A DNA stretch of 64,000 nt from Candidatus Iainarchaeum sp. (GCA_030649735.1 JAUSFL010000036.1:32001-96000); one strand, 5' to 3'; positions 30,232 through 40,035 are shown, counted from the stretch's first letter. A program made the numbers and translations. The notes: generated from the letters alone by a model not told the origin.

Positions 30232-30822
30232 ATGAACGATGAACAGGTTGCAATGGCTGTTTTGTTTTCTTCAACAATCATTCTGCTATTAAGCCTGAAT
30301 TTTGTCCTATTTTCAAGGGAAATCCACAATTTGGTTTTTTACCTGGCAATTCCATCAATCATTCTCCTGACTTGCGGAAAAAAACTAAAGGAGTATTTCT
30401 CAATAAATGCGAAAGAGTTTTTCTGCAAAGAGTTCCTGCTGGTCTTTGCAGTATTTCTCATTAGCGTGATTGCAGCGTCAAGAATTGCAGAGTTCAAGAA
30501 TTATTACGGCAGTTATTCGCAGGCATTGGTTTCAAACCCGCTTTATTTCATTGGAGCAAGCATCATCATTCTTTTCTCCTGGGAGTTTTTGTTCCGAAGC
30601 TTCATGATTAAAGGAATGAAAAGTTTTGGGAAAAGCGCTGTATTGATTCAGGCAATTCCTTTCGCTTTCATGCATTTCGGCAAGCCGGCGCTGGAATTGT
30701 ACGCTTCGTTCTTTGCGGGAATTCTTTTGGGGTATTTGGCATTAAAGCAAGAGTCTTTCATTGGCGCTTTCCTGCTGCACTTGATGGTTTATTTGCTGAT
30801 TCCCTTGCTTGTTCTTTTCTGA
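30232..30822 (+). CDS. CPBP (CAAX/Abi) family intramembrane metalloprotease
   Basis: WEFLFR, FAFMH, LLH motifs; hydrophobic. Confidence 0.85.
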   Translation: MNDEQVAMAVLFSSTIILLLSLNFVLFSREIHNLVFYLAIPSIILLTCGKKLKEYFSINAKEFFCKEFLLVFAVFLISVIAASRIAEFKNYYGSYSQALVSNPLYFIGASIIILFSWEFLFRSFMIKGMKSFGKSAVLIQAIPFAFMHFGKPALELYASFFAGILLGYLALKQESFIGAFLLHLMVYLLIPLLVLF

Positions 30823-30868
30823 AAAAGCCATTGGTTAAAATACTTTTGAGTTAACAGGTTTATACTTT

Positions 30869-31219
30869 ATGCAGGAAGAGAAAACTTGTGAAGGCTGCGG
30901 GGCAAAATGCTGCCGCGAGGCAAACGTATGGCTTGAAGAGCCAAAGACTGACGAAGACTTTGACGAGTGGAAATGGCTGTTAAGCCACAAAAGCCTGTAC
31001 ATTTACAATGATTCAAGGTATGGCTGGATGATTTGCTTTGAGACAGACTGCAAATTCTTGGACAATGAAAGCAAATGCGTCAATTATGCAAACAGGCCAA
31101 ACTTGTGCAAAGAATACGACATAAAAGACTGCATCAAGTACGGCAGCATGAAATTTGACCCGATTTTAAGGAATCCTGAAGACGTTGACGAATTGAAAAA
31201 AAAGCTTCAGAAAAAGTAA
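30869..31219 (+). CDS. YkgJ-family cysteine cluster protein
   Basis: CEGCGAKCC...CKFL...C..Y..RP..C. Confidence 0.85.
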   Translation: MQEEKTCEGCGAKCCREANVWLEEPKTDEDFDEWKWLLSHKSLYIYNDSRYGWMICFETDCKFLDNESKCVNYANRPNLCKEYDIKDCIKYGSMKFDPILRNPEDVDELKKKLQKK

Positions 31220-31222
31220 GAA

Positions 31223-31310
31223 GGAAGCAAGCCAGGGAATCTGCCCCACCATTAAAATAATAGCGCGTGGAAATTCTTCGTCCCCACAAAATGCAGTATG
31301 GCTTGCCCCC
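31223..31310 (-). ncRNA. Candidate free-standing structured ncRNA of unknown class
   Basis: 12-bp terminal stem enclosing a multi-helix junction; several pairs work only as G-U on the minus strand. Confidence 0.45.
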
Positions 31311-31395
31311 AAAACTCCCAATACTAAAGGATTAATTTGAAGTGGAAGAGTTTAAAAAAGAAATTGATGGTCTACATAAATGTTCGGAGACAATT

Positions 31396-31647
31396 ATGCC
31401 AATTGATTCAAACGAAAAGGAAAAAGAGAAAAAAGCAATTCAATTGGCAAAAAAGGCAATTATTGCAAAAGGCTACAGTGAAAAAGAATTCAAGCAATAT
31501 TCCTTGATTAAAAGCGGGCCAGTTGCAAAAAATCCCGCGCAGTGGCATTTGCATTTTGACATTGAAGACAAGACTGATTCTTCAATTGAAATAATTGTTG
31601 ACTTAAGCACTGGAAGAGCAGTTTATTTCAAAAACCAATGGGCTTGA
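31396..31647 (+). CDS. Small hypothetical protein
   Basis: ATG ORF (track start 31342 is a GTG). Confidence 0.55.
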   Translation: MPIDSNEKEKEKKAIQLAKKAIIAKGYSEKEFKQYSLIKSGPVAKNPAQWHLHFDIEDKTDSSIEIIVDLSTGRAVYFKNQWA

Positions 31648-31652
31648 ATTCT

Positions 31653-32357
31653 TCAAAAGGATTTTTCTTTAAAATCCTTCAGCCAGCTTTCAAAGAATTC
31701 TTCCTTAGAAAGACTAAAAATTCTTTCAAAAGCGGCAGTAATGCTTGAATCATTGCCTTTAATGAATTCAATAAGTTTCTTTTTGCCTTTTTTCTCCAAA
31801 AGCCACTTTATCATGCTGCCGCTTTGCTGGTAGAATAGAGTAACATGGCTGTCAAAATCAGAAGTAAACTCAAAATCAGCCCCAAATAAAAGAGCCCCTT
31901 GCTTTTCAATAAGCTCAATCACCCAGTTTTCATTGGTTTGGCTATTTATTGCATAAGGCAGGCCTTCCTTGAAAACAAAAGGCAAATCATTGGATTGTAT
32001 TTCCCTAATAAACAAATGGGATATTTCATGCCCTGTTGTTTTCTGAAAGCGATCCAGCTTGTTGTTGGAAAGTTCTTCCAACACTGTTGGAGATAGGAAA
32101 AAGAGCTGGTTTTTGAGTGTTTTAATGGCATATGCTGACAGCCACTTGTTTTCCAAAGCATATTCAGGCGGAATCCAATTCTTTGAAAATTCTTCCCTAG
32201 TGTAGTAAAAAAAGACTTTAAACTTCAATTCAAACCCAAAAAATCCAACATTCCGCTTATATCCTTCAGTAATGCTTTGAACAATCAAATCTTTGAACTG
32301 TTCTTTTTCACCATCATATGAAAACTCGCAAAAGCCAAGATCTTCAACTTTAAGCAT
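31653..32357 (-). CDS. Peptidase MA-like (gluzincin) protein
   Basis: GHEISHLF...EGLP; starts 15 nt after tRNA-Ala 3' end. Confidence 0.75.
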   Translation of the reverse strand: MLKVEDLGFCEFSYDGEKEQFKDLIVQSITEGYKRNVGFFGFELKFKVFFYYTREEFSKNWIPPEYALENKWLSAYAIKTLKNQLFFLSPTVLEELSNNKLDRFQKTTGHEISHLFIREIQSNDLPFVFKEGLPYAINSQTNENWVIELIEKQGALLFGADFEFTSDFDSHVTLFYQQSGSMIKWLLEKKGKKKLIEFIKGNDSSITAAFERIFSLSKEEFFESWLKDFKEKSF

Positions 32358-32372
32358 TTTCAAACCTAAAAA

Positions 32373-32443
32373 TGGACCCGGCGGGAATCGCACCCGCGCT
32401 ACGTCCTTGCGAAGGACGAGTCCTACTACTAGACTACGGGCCC
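32373..32443 (-). tRNA. tRNA-Ala(CGC)
   Basis: GGGCCCG/CGGGTCC with G3:U70, CGTCC-TT-CGC-AA-GGACG; atypical T-loop TGCGATT. Confidence 0.92.
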
Positions 32444-32475
32444 AATAAGAAACAGTTGAAGGAAAGAGTATTTAT

Positions 32476-32532
32476 GCGCTATTGCTTGCAATAGCGCGAC
32501 GTACGCGCACGTAAACTGGACGTGACGGTTTT
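32476..32532 (-). ncRNA. tRNA-trailer structured motif, copy 1 (after tRNA-Trp)
   Basis: AAAC-CGT-CACGT-CCA-GTTT-ACGTG-CGCGT-ACGTC plus 10-bp hairpin; homologous to 46531-46583 with compensatory changes. Confidence 0.75.
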
Positions 32533-32605
32533 TGGGGACACGGGGATTTGAACCCCGACTTAAAGGTCTGGAGCCTTTCGCGCTACCAGGTTACGCAATG
32601 TCCCC
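32533..32605 (-). tRNA. tRNA-Trp(CCA), intronless
   Basis: GGGGACA/TGTCCCC, AAAGG-CT-CCA-GA-CCTTT, CGGGG-TTCAAAT-CCCCG. Confidence 0.95.
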
Positions 32606-32827
32606 ATTCAGGTCTTGAAAGTAAGATAAAGAATTAACGTTCAAAAAAGTTTTAAAACTAGAGAAAAGCAAGAAAAAGGCGTCAATGCCAGGGTAAATCA
32701 ACTTTTGCCATTGTAATCAAATTTACTTGGCTTGTTTTTTTAAACTTAAGCGCAAAACCTGCTTGAAAAATGCAAGGCTTTAAAATAGCTAAAGCATTAT
32801 TTTAATCAAAGAACTAAAGTGGTCTCT

Positions 32828-35800
32828 ATGGCTGAAGAAGAAGCCCGAATTAAAAAAACAAGCGAACAGTCTGAAGACTTGTTTGAAGAACTAGAGCATG
32901 ATGATGAAGAAAGCGGCAGCCCTGCCAATGAAGAGCCTGAAGGCAGGGACAATGAAGACTTGGTTCCTTTAAAGAAGGAAAAAAAGCACAAGAAAGCAAA
33001 AAAGCACCACGAGCAGGAAAGCAAGGACGAAGACACTGAAATTTCCGGCGCAAAATTAAGGACGCTTGAAGAAGACACAAACCTGCCTGTTTCTGAAAGC
33101 CAGAAAAAAACCCTCTCTGACGAAGACACTGAAATTGTAAAGCCAAAAAAGCAAAAGTGGAAAGAAGCCGAAGTTTCAGGATTCAGGGAAGACAAGGAAG
33201 AAACAGAAATTTACAGGCCAATCAGGGGAGAAAAAAAATTCACAATCCACGTTGAAGGAGACCTGGAGCAAAAGGAAGAAACTGACGTTTACACTCCCAA
33301 GAAAAAAACCGAGGGAAAATGGGCAAAGGAAAAAGAAATTGAAGTAAAGGAAGAAGGCGAACTGGAAAAAGAGGAAGGAATAAAGGAAGAAGAAGAGGAA
33401 ATTGAAGAGCGCGAAGAAGACAGGATTGACGACTTTGAAGTGGAAGATGACGATTTTGACATTGACTTGGAAGGCGAAGGCCTTTCCACTGAAGGAATCC
33501 GCAAAAGAATCCTGGAAAAGGCGGAAAAAGAAAGCGTTCGCGTTTCAGAAACCAGCATTCCATTAAAATTCCTTGAAGACGGAGAAAACGTCCTGATTGG
33601 ACGGAAAAAAAGCGTTCACGCAAAGTACGGAATGCAAGGCGCATTATATGTTGGAAAAGTCGGGGAAGACGAGCAAAACAGCAAAAGCGTTTTCTTGGAT
33701 TCCTTAAACCCTCACGTGGTTTTTGTCTGCGGAGCAAGAGGCAGTGGAAAATGCCTGGCTGGAGATTCTCTAATAAGTCTTGCTGACGGAAGCGAAAAAC
33801 CAATCAAAGAGTTAGAAAATGATTTTGAAATCTTGGCATTAAATGATGAATTAAAAGTCCAAAACTCAAAGAAGGAAGGATTCTTCAAAAGGACTGTAGA
33901 ACGCATTCTGGAAGTAAGGCTTGCCAGTGGAAAAAGCATCAAACTCACTCCGGAGCATCCTTTGCTAACAATTAATGGATGGAAAGAGGCAGAAAGCATT
34001 GGTGTTGGGGGAAGGATTGCGACCCCAAGGCGCATTGGCTTCTTTGGAAATCTAAAAGCAAGAGAATGCGATGTTAAATTGCTGGCGTACTTGCTTGCAG
34101 AAGGGCATTTGGGAAACCAGTTTGTGCTTTTCTCAAACTTTGATGAAAGAATAGTTTCAGAATTCAATGAATGTATTGGAGAGTTTGACCAAAACTTGAG
34201 GATTGAACAACATTCAAAACCAGGATGCTTTAGGATTGCTCAAAAAAGAAAAGAGACTGACATTTCCAAAATCAAAAGAAACCCAAAAGGGCAATTCACC
34301 CAAGAAAGCAGAATCAAGTGCAGCAAAAGCTCGCTGATGCTCTGGCTTGAAAGTTTGGGAATTTACGGAAAGCTTTCTGCAGAAAAATTCATTCCAGAAA
34401 ACATTTTCAAGCTTGAGAAAGAACAGCTTTCAGTATTCTTGAACAGGCTTTTCAGCTGTGATGGAAGCATTTACAGAATCAACAAGAAAAAAAACAATTG
34501 GGCAATATGCTATGCTTCAAGCTCTGAAAAAATGATTTACCAAGTGCAGTCATTGCTGCTGAAGTTTGGAATAATATCAAGCGTCAGGGAAAAGAGAATT
34601 TTATGCAACAAGAAAGAATTCAAGTCTTTCGAACTGGTTGTTTATTCGGAAAGCGTGCTGGAATTCATTAAAGAAATAGGGTTTTTTGGAAAAAAAGAAG
34701 ACAAAGAAAAAACCGCGCTTTTTGAAATGTCAGGAATTCAAAGAAACCCAAACAATGACACAATCCCAATGGAAGTTTGGGCAAAGCTTGATGGAATAAA
34801 CTGGATGAAGACTGGAAGGGAATTTGGCTACAAAAACTGCAAGTCATTCCATAATGTCAAGAATTATGCCCCTTCAAGGGAAAAACTATTGAAAATCGCG
34901 CAAATCAACAATCTTAAAGGAATTCAACTGCTTGCAGAAAGCGACATTTATTGGGATGAAATAAAAGAAGTCAAAGAATTAAACGGAAGTTTTGAAGTTT
35001 TCGACATTAGCATTCCAGAATTGCATAATTTTGTAGCAAACAATATTATCGTGCACAATTCTTACGTGCTTGGAGTCATTGCTGAAGAGCTCGCGAAAAA
35101 AAACAACAATGTAGGAATTGTAGTCATTGACCCAATCGGCGTGTTTTGGAGCATGCGATTCCCAAACCGCGAAAAAAAAGAAATTGACGCAATGGGCGAA
35201 TGGAATTTAATGCCTGAAGGATTGAACAACCTAAAAGTGTTCATTCCTGAAGGAATCGCGAACGAAGTCCCAAAAAACACTTATGACGCAACTTTCAGCA
35301 TCCAGCCTTCATTGCTTACAAGCGAAGACTGGTGCCTTACTTTTGGAATAGACCGGTTTTCGCCAACAGGCCTATTGCTTGAAAAGGCAGTGAAGAGAGT
35401 GGAAGCCGGCTACAAGACTGCAGCTAGCGAAACCCAAAAGGCATTAATTGTAAAGCCCAAGGGAAGAAAGTACGGAATTGACGACCTTGTAAACTGCCTT
35501 GAAAGAGACGCTGAAATCAACAGCCGCGACAAAGGATTCAAGCAAGACTCTGTAAGGGCATTGGTTTCAAGGTTTGAGGCAGCAAAAAACTGGGGAGTAT
35601 TCTCAAACAATGGAACTCCGTTGGCAGAAATTTCACGAGAAGGCCAATTGACAGTCCTTGACACCAGCTTCTTGGAAGATAACGTAACCGCGCTTGTAAT
35701 TGGAATCCTGGCAAGAAGGCTCTTGGCTGCAAGAAAAATCATAACTAGAAAAGAGGCTTCAGTAAAGTTTGACAAAAAAGACATGGACCAAATGCTCGAG

Positions 35801-37279
35801 CTTGAAGTTCCAGCAACATGGCTTTTCATTGATGAAGCCCACACTTTAATTCCTTCAGGAAATGTAAGGACTCCTGCAACCGCAGGCCTTATTGAGTATG
35901 TAAAGCAGGGAAGAAGACCGGGGCTTTCACTCGTGTTTGCGACACAGCAGCCTTCAGCAATTGACTCTAAAGTGCTAAGCCAATTGGACGTGATAATGAC
36001 CCACAAGCTGGTTTTTGACGATGACATCAAGGCAGTCTACAAAAGAACTCCAACAATAATTCCTGCAAAGTACAGGAAAGCAATGTTCATCAAAACTCTT
36101 CCAGTGGGCGTGGCATTGACTGGAGACAGGGCTGAAGAAACATCCCGCGCGTTTGTAATGCGCATTAGGCCCAGAATGAGCCAGCATGAAGGCAGGGACG
36201 CAGTCACAATGGAAAACACTAAAGAAATCAGCCCTAAAGAAATTCAAGAACTGGCATTAAGCATGGCGAGCTCCAAACTAAAGGCCGAAGGAATAATGCC
36301 TTTGGAAAAACTCCGCGCGCTCATTGACACTTTAAACACAAAATACAAGGCAAAAATCAATACAGAAGACATCTTGAAAGCCTTGGAAAAATCAGGCTGC
36401 GTTGTCGACCTTGCAGCAGGAACAATTGCAATCAAAGGATTCAAGCCGCAAGAAAAAGAAGTTGAAGAGTTTTCAAAGCAGGAAAGCATTGCAAACGCAA
36501 TTGAAGAAAGCGCTGAAGTTGCCGAAAAGGAAGAAAGAAAATCACTGCATGAAACAAGCGAAGAACTGACAGAGCTATTGGCAATTCCGGCAACTCTCAC
36601 AGAACAGCAGGCCCGCAAAGTATTTGACAACGCGAGAAAAAAGAAAACATTCGGGCTGTTCGGAAGCGAAGAACGCATTACCTCAATGCAATTAAAGTAC
36701 AGGACAGTGTGGAAAGTGGTTTTCAACGAGTACAACCTGCGGAAGGAATTCGCCAAGAACGAATGCTACATTGACTCAGTAACTGGAGAGTTTTTGCACT
36801 TTAACGGGAAAGAATTCATTGAAAGCAAGGGCGCAAAATTCCTTTACGATTTAAGCGATGAAGAAATCTCAGTCGCAAAAGAAATTGCGGTGAAAAAAAG
36901 AATGCCTGAAGGAAAAGAGCAAAAATTCAGGAAAATTGCTGAAAAGCTTGCGGAAAAAGGGCTGATTAAAATCAAGGAAGACAAGGGAATTGTAAAATAC
37001 GCCATTGACGAGCAAGCATTCGACCTTCCCCCATCGCCAGACCATGAACTGCTTTCAAGCATTGGAAAAATGCGCTTAATTACAGTCGAGGCCTTGGGAA
37101 AAGAAAAGGAAAACATTGGGCGCGAGAGCGCAATGAAGCTTGTCCAGAGATTATGGCCGACCATTATAGTGAAGAAAATCGAGGAAGTCGAAAGGCCATT
37201 GTTTGAAGCCACTTTCGAGTCAGCGAACGGCGAAAGCAGACGGGTAAAAATTGACGGTTTGAGCGGAAAAAGCGTTTAA
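32828..37279 (+). CDS. HerA-like (DUF87) P-loop ATPase with long acidic N-terminus and an intein
   Basis: PHVVFVCGARGSGK/S Walker A split by intein; VIDPIG, WLFIDEAH, GRRPGLSLVFATQQPS. Confidence 0.88.
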   Translation: MAEEEARIKKTSEQSEDLFEELEHDDEESGSPANEEPEGRDNEDLVPLKKEKKHKKAKKHHEQESKDEDTEISGAKLRTLEEDTNLPVSESQKKTLSDEDTEIVKPKKQKWKEAEVSGFREDKEETEIYRPIRGEKKFTIHVEGDLEQKEETDVYTPKKKTEGKWAKEKEIEVKEEGELEKEEGIKEEEEEIEEREEDRIDDFEVEDDDFDIDLEGEGLSTEGIRKRILEKAEKESVRVSETSIPLKFLEDGENVLIGRKKSVHAKYGMQGALYVGKVGEDEQNSKSVFLDSLNPHVVFVCGARGSGKCLAGDSLISLADGSEKPIKELENDFEILALNDELKVQNSKKEGFFKRTVERILEVRLASGKSIKLTPEHPLLTINGWKEAESIGVGGRIATPRRIGFFGNLKARECDVKLLAYLLAEGHLGNQFVLFSNFDERIVSEFNECIGEFDQNLRIEQHSKPGCFRIAQKRKETDISKIKRNPKGQFTQESRIKCSKSSLMLWLESLGIYGKLSAEKFIPENIFKLEKEQLSVFLNRLFSCDGSIYRINKKKNNWAICYASSSEKMIYQVQSLLLKFGIISSVREKRILCNKKEFKSFELVVYSESVLEFIKEIGFFGKKEDKEKTALFEMSGIQRNPNNDTIPMEVWAKLDGINWMKTGREFGYKNCKSFHNVKNYAPSREKLLKIAQINNLKGIQLLAESDIYWDEIKEVKELNGSFEVFDISIPELHNFVANNIIVHNSYVLGVIAEELAKKNNNVGIVVIDPIGVFWSMRFPNREKKEIDAMGEWNLMPEGLNNLKVFIPEGIANEVPKNTYDATFSIQPSLLTSEDWCLTFGIDRFSPTGLLLEKAVKRVEAGYKTAASETQKALIVKPKGRKYGIDDLVNCLERDAEINSRDKGFKQDSVRALVSRFEAAKNWGVFSNNGTPLAEISREGQLTVLDTSFLEDNVTALVIGILARRLLAARKIITRKEASVKFDKKDMDQMLELEVPATWLFIDEAHTLIPSGNVRTPATAGLIEYVKQGRRPGLSLVFATQQPSAIDSKVLSQLDVIMTHKLVFDDDIKAVYKRTPTIIPAKYRKAMFIKTLPVGVALTGDRAEETSRAFVMRIRPRMSQHEGRDAVTMENTKEISPKEIQELALSMASSKLKAEGIMPLEKLRALIDTLNTKYKAKINTEDILKALEKSGCVVDLAAGTIAIKGFKPQEKEVEEFSKQESIANAIEESAEVAEKEERKSLHETSEELTELLAIPATLTEQQARKVFDNARKKKTFGLFGSEERITSMQLKYRTVWKVVFNEYNLRKEFAKNECYIDSVTGEFLHFNGKEFIESKGAKFLYDLSDEEISVAKEIAVKKRMPEGKEQKFRKIAEKLAEKGLIKIKEDKGIVKYAIDEQAFDLPPSPDHELLSSIGKMRLITVEALGKEKENIGRESAMKLVQRLWPTIIVKKIEEVERPLFEATFESANGESRRVKIDGLSGKSV
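33752..35059 (+). mobile_element. Intein (436 aa) with LAGLIDADG homing endonuclease, inserted in the Walker A loop
   Basis: Begins CLAGDS, TPEHP block B, LLAEG and FSCDGS motifs, ends NFVANNIIVHN with Ser +1. Confidence 0.95.
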
Positions 37280-37389
37280 AAGTTAAAAATACGCCTTTTT
37301 AATTCTTTTGATTGCAAAATTTAACAGTAAAGCAAATTTTTCGCAAGGAAAAAGGCTTTAAAAAAATAAAAAAGAGATGAAAAAAAAAT

Positions 37390-37551
37390 ATGAGTTTCGG
37401 AAGATTTAATAACGGCCCAAGGCAAATGTTCAAGGTAACCTGCTCGGATTGCGGACAGGAAACAGAAGTTCCATTCAAGCCAGACGGAACAAGACCAGTC
37501 TATTGCAGGGACTGCTACCAAAAGCACAAGCCAAAAAGAGACAATTACTAA
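37390..37551 (+). CDS. CxxC-x17-CxxC zinc-ribbon small protein (53 aa, not in ORF track)
   Basis: Read directly: MSFGRFNNGPRQMFKVTCSDCGQETEVPFKPDGTRPVYCRDCYQKHKPKRDNY. Confidence 0.9.
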   Translation: MSFGRFNNGPRQMFKVTCSDCGQETEVPFKPDGTRPVYCRDCYQKHKPKRDNY

Positions 37552-37662
37552 TTGCTCTAAAAAGTTTGAAAATTTGGACAAAAAAATTGAGTTTTTGAGA
37601 AAAAACTCCTTTTTCTTTTTATTTTTAATTTCCCCACCTAGTTTAAACAAGAAGGCTCGCGA

Positions 37663-38361
37663 ATGAAAGGGACAATAGCATACAGGTTTGAAACTCCAAC
37701 ATATCCCGGGAACATACTTTACTTGAATTTGATAAGCAATTACTCCTGCACTAACTCCTGCGTATTCTGCGGCAGGCCAAAATCAAGAAAAGAAATTGGG
37801 CAGCCAAACATTTACGAAAAAAAAGCAGGCAGTTCCCTTTATCTTGAAAAAAAACCAACTGTAAAGCAAGCCCTTAATGCAATCGCGGCAAAAATCAAGC
37901 CAACAGACAATGAAATAGCAATTGTGGGACTCGGCGAGCCGCTTTTGAATTTTCTGACAGTAGAAAAATTACTAACGGAAATAAAACGCAAGTACTCTGT
38001 GAAAACAAGAATTGACACTAACGGGACAATAAGGTGCATTTTCAAAAACCCTGCGCAAAGGCTTGCAAAAGCAGGACTGGACGAAATCAGAATCTCATTG
38101 AATGCAGTAAGCAAGAAAGAATACGACAAATTATGCAATCCAATATTTCCTCAAGCATTTGAAGAATTACAAAAATTCATTAAAGACTGCATTAAGGAAA
38201 GCATTGAAACCAAGGCAAGTTTTGTTGAAGATTTCAAGCGAAAAGAAATCAAGCAAAGCGGCAGGAAAGAGCGTGAAAAATTTGCGCTATCTTTAGGAAT
38301 CAAGAAAAAAAACATTATTTTCAGGAAATTCATGAAACCCATAAAAGTTTGGGGATTTTAA
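37663..38361 (+). CDS. Radical SAM protein (TatD-associated type)
   Basis: LYLNL..CTNSCVFC, GLGEPL, DTNG, ISLNA. Confidence 0.85.
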   Translation: MKGTIAYRFETPTYPGNILYLNLISNYSCTNSCVFCGRPKSRKEIGQPNIYEKKAGSSLYLEKKPTVKQALNAIAAKIKPTDNEIAIVGLGEPLLNFLTVEKLLTEIKRKYSVKTRIDTNGTIRCIFKNPAQRLAKAGLDEIRISLNAVSKKEYDKLCNPIFPQAFEELQKFIKDCIKESIETKASFVEDFKRKEIKQSGRKEREKFALSLGIKKKNIIFRKFMKPIKVWGF

Positions 38362-38362
38362 A

Positions 38363-38998
38363 ATGAAACTCTTGCTTTTAATCAGTGGAGGCATTGACAG
38401 CCCGGTTGCGGGCGCACTTGCGCTAAAGGCAAAGCACGAGCTTGTTGCAGTGCACTTTCACAATACCCCATTCACTGACGAATTAAATAAGCAAAAGGCA
38501 ATTGACGCCTTGAAAATTTTGGCAAAAAAATTTGGCAAAACAATCAAACTCTACATAATCCCCCATGGTTTTTCGCTGACTTCAATTGCAAAAAACTGCG
38601 ACAGGAAAATGAACTGCGTTTTATGCAGGAGAATAATGCTGCGCGTTGCCTCAAGGATTGCGGAGCAAGAAGGCTGCGGCGCCTTGCTTACTGGCGAAAG
38701 CCTTGCGCAAGTCGCTTCCCAGACGTTATGGAATTTGGAGGCAGAGCATTCTGCAGCAAGCAAAATTATTGTACGGCCTCTTTTGGGAATGGATAAGAGT
38801 GAAATTACAGAACTCGCCCGAGAGTTTGGAACTTTCAGCAATTCAATAAAGCCAGCATTATGCTGCACTATAGTCCCAAGCCAGCCTGCAACGCATTCAA
38901 GCCTTGAACGGGCAGAGCTTGAGGAAAAAAAGCTTGATTTGGAAGCGATTGTGCAAAAGGCTTTTGAAGGCAAAGAAGTTATAGAAATCAAACAATAA
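38363..38998 (+). CDS. thiI: ThiI-like PP-loop sulfurtransferase lacking the THUMP domain
   Basis: SGGIDSPVA, CVLCRR, TGESLAQVASQT, RPLLGMDK. Confidence 0.8.
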   Translation: MKLLLLISGGIDSPVAGALALKAKHELVAVHFHNTPFTDELNKQKAIDALKILAKKFGKTIKLYIIPHGFSLTSIAKNCDRKMNCVLCRRIMLRVASRIAEQEGCGALLTGESLAQVASQTLWNLEAEHSAASKIIVRPLLGMDKSEITELAREFGTFSNSIKPALCCTIVPSQPATHSSLERAELEEKKLDLEAIVQKAFEGKEVIEIKQ

Positions 38999-39007
38999 GG
39001 TGTTTTT

Positions 39008-39757
39008 TTGGAAAGCCAGGGTTTTTTCACTAGTCCAAAAATTGCGGGCGGGTTTGCAATTAAAGAATACTCTGGATTCTTGACTGAAAAACAAGCAATG
39101 CAGCTTTTACAGGAGCATAGGCAATACCTCAAAGAGCTTGAGAACGCCGGCATAACAACAGCCCAAACTCAAATGCATTTTGAAAGAACGCCAAAAGGAT
39201 GCAAGATTAGAATTATTCAAGAAGCTTTTGATGAAAAAGAATTGGTTAAGCAAATTATTGCAAGTTCTGGAAGAGAACAGGCATTAAAAACAGTCGGGAT
39301 TGTTTTGCAAGCCGCTGAAAAAGCAATTGTTTACAGCACGACAAAAAACTCGAATTTTGGATTTCACCCAAGCTTGAGAAATTTTGCTTTAAAAAAAGGG
39401 ATTCTTTACTACATTGACACTTTCCCGCCATTAGTTTCAAGAAAACAAGTTGCAAGAACAATTAGAATGCATTCGCCGTGGCCAAAATCAAAAATCGCAA
39501 GAATTGCATTATCTCCAATTGCAAGAATTGCGGCCAGCGAATACTACAATCCAGAAAGAATGATTAACGGAATCCTGGCAAGCGCTTCAAGGCTAAGGCC
39601 CGAATTAAAGAAAGAATTCCTGGAAGCAGGCATCAGAACAAGCCTGCGGGTTTTGCCAAAAAAAGCGGAAAAAATCAGGAAACTGGCGATTGCAAGCATT
39701 GAAAGGAAAGGATACAGGAAAGCAGTCGATTTCCTGAAAAGAATAAGGAGAAAATGA
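39008..39757 (+). CDS. Basic hypothetical protein, kinase-like (DUF6206-like)
   Basis: HPSLRNF...YYIDTFPP. Confidence 0.6.
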   Translation: MESQGFFTSPKIAGGFAIKEYSGFLTEKQAMQLLQEHRQYLKELENAGITTAQTQMHFERTPKGCKIRIIQEAFDEKELVKQIIASSGREQALKTVGIVLQAAEKAIVYSTTKNSNFGFHPSLRNFALKKGILYYIDTFPPLVSRKQVARTIRMHSPWPKSKIARIALSPIARIAASEYYNPERMINGILASASRLRPELKKEFLEAGIRTSLRVLPKKAEKIRKLAIASIERKGYRKAVDFLKRIRRK

Positions 39758-40035
39758 AGTTTATGGAATTGTCTGATTTTGTCGGAAAGCCCTGCAAGAG
39801 CAGGGTTGCTTTTGAGTTCATTCCAAAAAAGAGAATAAAACTTGACTTGGAAGAAATTGCGAAAAGACTGAAGGAAAAGGAAGTTTTTGTCGAAATTGAA
39901 ACTCCCTTCCTGCTGATTTTGAGAATGCAAGTTCCAATCACTCTCTTCCAGACTGGAAAAATACTGATTAAGGAAACCAACATGGAAAAAGACGCCAGAA
40001 AAATCGCTGAAAAGCTCGTGAAAATCATGGGCTGA
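39754..40035 (+). CDS. Small hypothetical protein
   Basis: ATGA overlap; ITLFQTGKILIK motif. Confidence 0.7.
   Translation: MKFMELSDFVGKPCKSRVAFEFIPKKRIKLDLEEIAKRLKEKEVFVEIETPFLLILRMQVPITLFQTGKILIKETNMEKDARKIAEKLVKIMG

Noticed and set aside
37321-37650. 109-aa minus-strand ORF
   Set aside because: Antisense to the recognisable CxxC-x17-CxxC gene at 37390-37551
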